Below, one piece after another: positions 59,613-64,000 of a stretch of 64,000 bases of DNA. This DNA comes from the human T2T-CHM13v2.0 reference genome, Homo sapiens, in the NCBI RefSeq assembly GCF_009914755.1, contig NC_060929.1, one strand, 5' to 3'. The notes below the pieces were generated by a model. The model did no database searches. It saw only the letters and a list, made by a program, of their open reading frames with translations, and had not been told where the DNA came from. A program made the position numbers and the translations under genes. Every line of letters starts with the position of its first letter. The stretch's first letter is position 1.

Positions 59613-61417
59613 ACAACCAATATAGTTAAAATTACTATGCATGTTCTACTTTATATTAAGTTCTAGTGTACGTTGTATAATGCTTACATCAAATAAAAGG
59701 TAAGGTTAATTTACATAAAACATGTTTAGGTAGGATAATTGTAAAAATTATTTATTAGAGAAATTGGTAAAATTGTGGCTTTGCATAGAGGCAGGAGAAA
59801 GAAAAGAGCAAGGCACTAGTGAGAAAAATTGCTATGGAGAATATTGAGAATAGATACAAGGAGACCTACAGGTTTACAACATTAATATTGGCCAATACTT
59901 GATTGGACAGTTTAAATTTTTCAACCTGAAAGGCCTTTGTGCCCCAAAGTTTGGTAAGGAGATTTTGTAAAAACAAACAACAATAGCAATAAAAAATCAG
60001 GGAAGATTAAGAGATTTCATAAGGAGCAAGAATTTATAGGTAATACTTAAAAGGTATAGGTATGATTACTATTTTGGTGAATAATAGGCACATGGTAGAC
60101 TGAAATTCGGCAACAGCTACTGTGCAAATAAGCATATCTGTGATTATGGCTTATATCTGGTTGGGGACCCCTGTTGTAAGCCATTCTTTTTAGTACAGGT
60201 TAAGCTCCATTTCTCAATCACAGTTCTGTTATTTTCATCTGTGGGAAATAATGAATTCTGTTTCAGATTTTGATTGTCTTTTGTGTTCTTTGTCATCCAA
60301 CAGAATTGCACATTTCACTTTGTAAAATTTTTATAACTAGTGTTTGACACTTGAAACTGGCTTTTGAGTCTTCTATAATAGTTTGTGCAGAAGTCTGAGG
60401 TTTAATGTTATGATGGCCTTATTCATACTGTAGAAATATATACTGCAGCAATATGCACCCAAATGGTCAAATGGTCAGTAAGCTTTTTAAATGAACTAGC
60501 TAGATTTTTAGTTTTGATTTTAATTCTTGGTTTGAATTGCTAAAAGCTATCTTGACCTTAGGAAAATGAAAGCTTACATGAGGTTTAGCCACTTAAAACA
60601 AAGTATTTCTTTGTGTCTCCAGTTCATGTGAAACCTGACTTTTATTTACAATATTTATGTTAGGAGCACTTTTATTAGGATCTTTTGAAGCCTTTCAAGA
60701 GTTTTCTTTCAGTTATTATTAATAGTACTAATAAAGAAGGTGAGCAGGATTTAAAGCTGAAAGGAGCATCAGAGATAATTGAACTTTGTTTATGCCATTC
60801 ATTGTTACCCTATGCAATGTCTTTTGTTTGTTTTTAATTAATTGCCAATATTTAAGAAGAGGGTCATAGAACAGTCATTATTCCAGATTCTCTTGAAAAA
60901 CTGGAAGATCTGGCAACTACAGGTTTATGTTCTTGCATGTTAACAATATACAGGGGCTGGAATTAACCTGCTCTGAGTCCCTTTAGATGTGCATACTCTC
61001 TCCGATTTGCCACAGTTCCCACCAATTCTTATTTCTCCTCTCTTTACTTGGCCCACATCATTGGGCCTATCTCATTAATTTCTATTAAATATTTTATTAC
61101 TGAGGCCATTAGTTTATGACCCCTGAGGCCAAGACAGCTGTTAAGAACTTGCATTACTGGTGGCAAAATTATACCTTTACGATTACTTACTAGGTTTTAG
61201 AAATCTCACTTTTCTAACAAGAGGTATTATGGTAATCATAAGTTCAAAATAATTAAAGTTCATTTGAGATAATTAAATCAAAACCTCTAGTCTGGGTTGG
61301 AGGGTGATAAAGTTATCTGGCGAAATATATGAACTTCTGTTACCTTCCTCTTCTGCTAAATGAATGGTAAAATGAATCCTGATTTGTTTAGGCAGTTTAC
61401 TTATGAAGTTGGGAGAA

Positions 61418-61698
61418 TTTTTTTTTTTCTTTAAAGGACTGAGTCTGGCTCTGTTGCCTAGGCTCAAGTACTGTGGATCTTGGCTCACTGCAGCCTCCAC
61501 CTCTTGGATTCAAGCAGTTCTCCTGCCTCAGCCTCCCGAGTAGCTGGGAGCCACCATGTCCAGCTGATTTTTGTATTTTTAGTAAATGAGTTTTCACCAT
61601 GTTGGCCAGGCTGGTCTTGAACTCCTGACCTCAAGTGAGCTGCCTACCTGGCCTCCCAAAGCTCTGGGATTATAGGTGTGAGCCACTGTGCCAGGCCT
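61418..61698 (-). mobile_element. Alu with internal deletions
   Basis: Reverse-complement Alu; flanking ga(a/g)gttgggagaa duplication. Confidence 0.9.
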
Positions 61699-62777
61699 GA
61701 GGTTGGGAGAAATTTTGTCCATTTCTTTAGAACCAAAATTGGCAACCAGAGAGTATTTGGATGTTACACAAAATATTTAGTTTCCCTTTCTAGCCTAAAT
61801 TGGGTTGTTTATAGCACCCGTCTCTCCATTTGAGAAAAATGGTTAGGATGCTGGTGCAGGGATGAGGCCTTATTAAAACAGAGAAGGTACCCAAATGGTG
61901 GTTCAAACACAGGCTGGCTAATAAGCTGTGAGGTGACTTACCAAAAAACAACAACAACAAAAACCCTTGAACTTCTGCTTTCAACTTCTACTTTATGCTA
62001 GATTATTTGGTCCAATCTTCCTGGTCTAACACCTGGCTACATATAACAACAAACATCTGCTTGAATGTGTTGGAAAGGTGATGATTAATTGCCAGGCTGA
62101 TATATTAAATAAAATGGAAATCTCAAAAGTTGAACTTGCTATTCAGTCTGCTTTTGCTCTGGAGGGGGGATTTGTTAGCCAAGAAGAGGCTGAAAACATG
62201 AGTAGTGTACTTTGGGAGACTAGAAGGACGAACGTTAAAAGTATACGACCTCCAAGGTTGTGACTCTGGTAGAATTCTTTGGTTAGAGATCCTGAAGGAC
62301 AGCATCCTAGGGATAATGGTGAAACAGAAGTAGACCATTCACATAGAGTGTAGTTTAGCATTAAATCATCAAGGTGGATTAGTAAATTGTGAGATTTTGG
62401 AAGTGGACTAAGGTGACCTTAGGTTTCTAATGCCCCTAGGAACCTGAAAGATAGAAACCTGGAGGAAGAATATTTTCCTAGGCCTCAAATTATTTGGGTA
62501 CTTTTTCAAATACAGTATCTCCACATACCCTGGATACAGGAGGAGAAAGGCGGAATGAAAACTGGCAGAAACAGTAGACCCAAAGGGGCACCAAATAATT
62601 GCATTGTGAGGTAGACTTTAAGTATGTTTACTGTATTCAAGGAGATAAAAGATGGAAAATTTCCATATAGAATTGGAAACTATAAAAAAGTCACTGCAGA
62701 TTTGTTAAAAAAAAAAAAAAGCCAAATATAAATTTGAAAACTTGAAAAACCAAACAGTGAAAATTAAGAACTCCAAA

Positions 62778-63140
62778 TGTGTTAGTTATCTATTGCTGTG
62801 TAACATACTGCTCAAACTTGACTTAACATACGTTTATTATCTCAGTTTTTGTTGGTCAGGAATCCAAGCATGGCCTAAGTGGGTTCTCTGCTTTAGGCTG
62901 CAATCAAAGCATTGGTCGGGGTAGGGTCTCCTCTGGAGGCTGAGCTGGGGAAGGATCTGCTTCAGATTTATGTAGTTGCTAGCAGGTTCTTGGACTGAGG
63001 ACCTCAGTAGCTTCCTGGCTGTTGGATGAAAGCATTCTTCAGTTCCTTGTCCCATGGACCTCTCCTTTAGGACAGCTTACAACCTGGCAGCTTGCCAGAG
63101 GGAACCTATAGAGCCCATAGAGTGAGTCTGCTAACAAGAC
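62778..63140 (-). mobile_element. MLT1-type MaLR LTR fragment
   Basis: tgtgttagttatctattgctgtgtaac...ggtcaggaatcc...gggaaggatctgcttc. Confidence 0.65.
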
Positions 63141-63689
63141 AACTGAAGAGAGAAATAACCAAACTGAAAATGAGAAAAAAATATTTAGAATTAATGTCTT
63201 TGTAAACTTTGACTCTATTACTCTGCCATCACCAGTAAGGGGGAATTGAAATATACCCATGCTGGGAAACAATGGAAGTAGTGTGGAGAAAAGTATTAAG
63301 GATATATTTTAATTGAATGTAGGAGCTTAGAAATAAGGACAGTATTAGGGAAGAATGGATTATTAAACTAGATATTTAGGAATCCTCTTCATACTTATTC
63401 AGGACACCAGTGGGTACCCAATCTGTACTGGTTTTACTGATCTTTGTGCAATTTGCTGCTCAGCAGATATTTTCAATGCTGATTGGTAATATGTCAGTGG
63501 ATAACCAGTGGAAATGCATGTCTATTAATTACTATTGCACATAATATTTATCTTGTTTTTATATTTTGCACAGGATTTTCAAGGTGCTGGTATATTTCTG
63601 AGCACTGTAAAGTTTTCTTTGAGAAATAAGTGTTTATTTTTAAATTGCGTTGTCTCATGGGAGGGTAACATTTGTAAATATACTTCAAA

Positions 63690-64000
63690 TTAGTGTTGTT
63701 CCCTCTGCTTTCTTTTTCCTGACTCAGAAACAGAGTGCTTTGACTGCTCTATGTTGGGGCCATGTTTTCCGCAGACTTGAACCCAAGCCAGGCCCTTGAA
63801 TGTTCCCAGGCACGGATAAACTTGTTTAGACTGGCTGAAACACCAAAACATCAAACGTGTTGCTAAACATGTAAATACTAGCCCCAACCCTGAACCCAAT
63901 TCCTTAAGCCCCCATATAAACTCCATATCCGATTCCCCATATCTAGGTTAGAACGTCTCTTTTCTCCCTGTCAATCATGAGGACTAATGCAGCACACAAT
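63690..64000 (+). mobile_element. ERV LTR fragment (LTR47/MER72-like) running off the right edge
   Basis: cttgaacccaagccaggcccttgaa...ccccatataaactcc; family recalled, uncertain. Confidence 0.4.

Overview
Human (primate) genomic DNA, recognisably the 5p12 MRPS30 locus. The only intact protein-coding gene is MRPS30 (mL65), on the + strand with 5 coding exons (50669-56908) that splice to 439 codons plus stop. It starts in a CpG island that looks like a bidirectional promoter shared with the divergent lncRNA MRPS30-DT (- strand; candidate donor at 50347, candidate downstream exon ending at 19036). The rest is repeat-rich: a disrupted L1PA 3' portion at the left edge, Alus, MaLR LTRs and DNA transposons. 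Two structures stand out. One is a four-level nested LTR stack at 26431-36939 (MER34-like > MER4A-like > MER41 provirus > internally deleted HERV-K(HML-3)/MER9 provirus) with target-site duplications visible. The other is a probable decayed pogo/Tigger transposase at about 36950-39480. Several MER41 LTRs keep STAT GAS motifs. Repeat subfamily names are from recall of consensus sequences, not a database search. I found no convincing new protein-coding system; the findings are structural and regulatory hypotheses.
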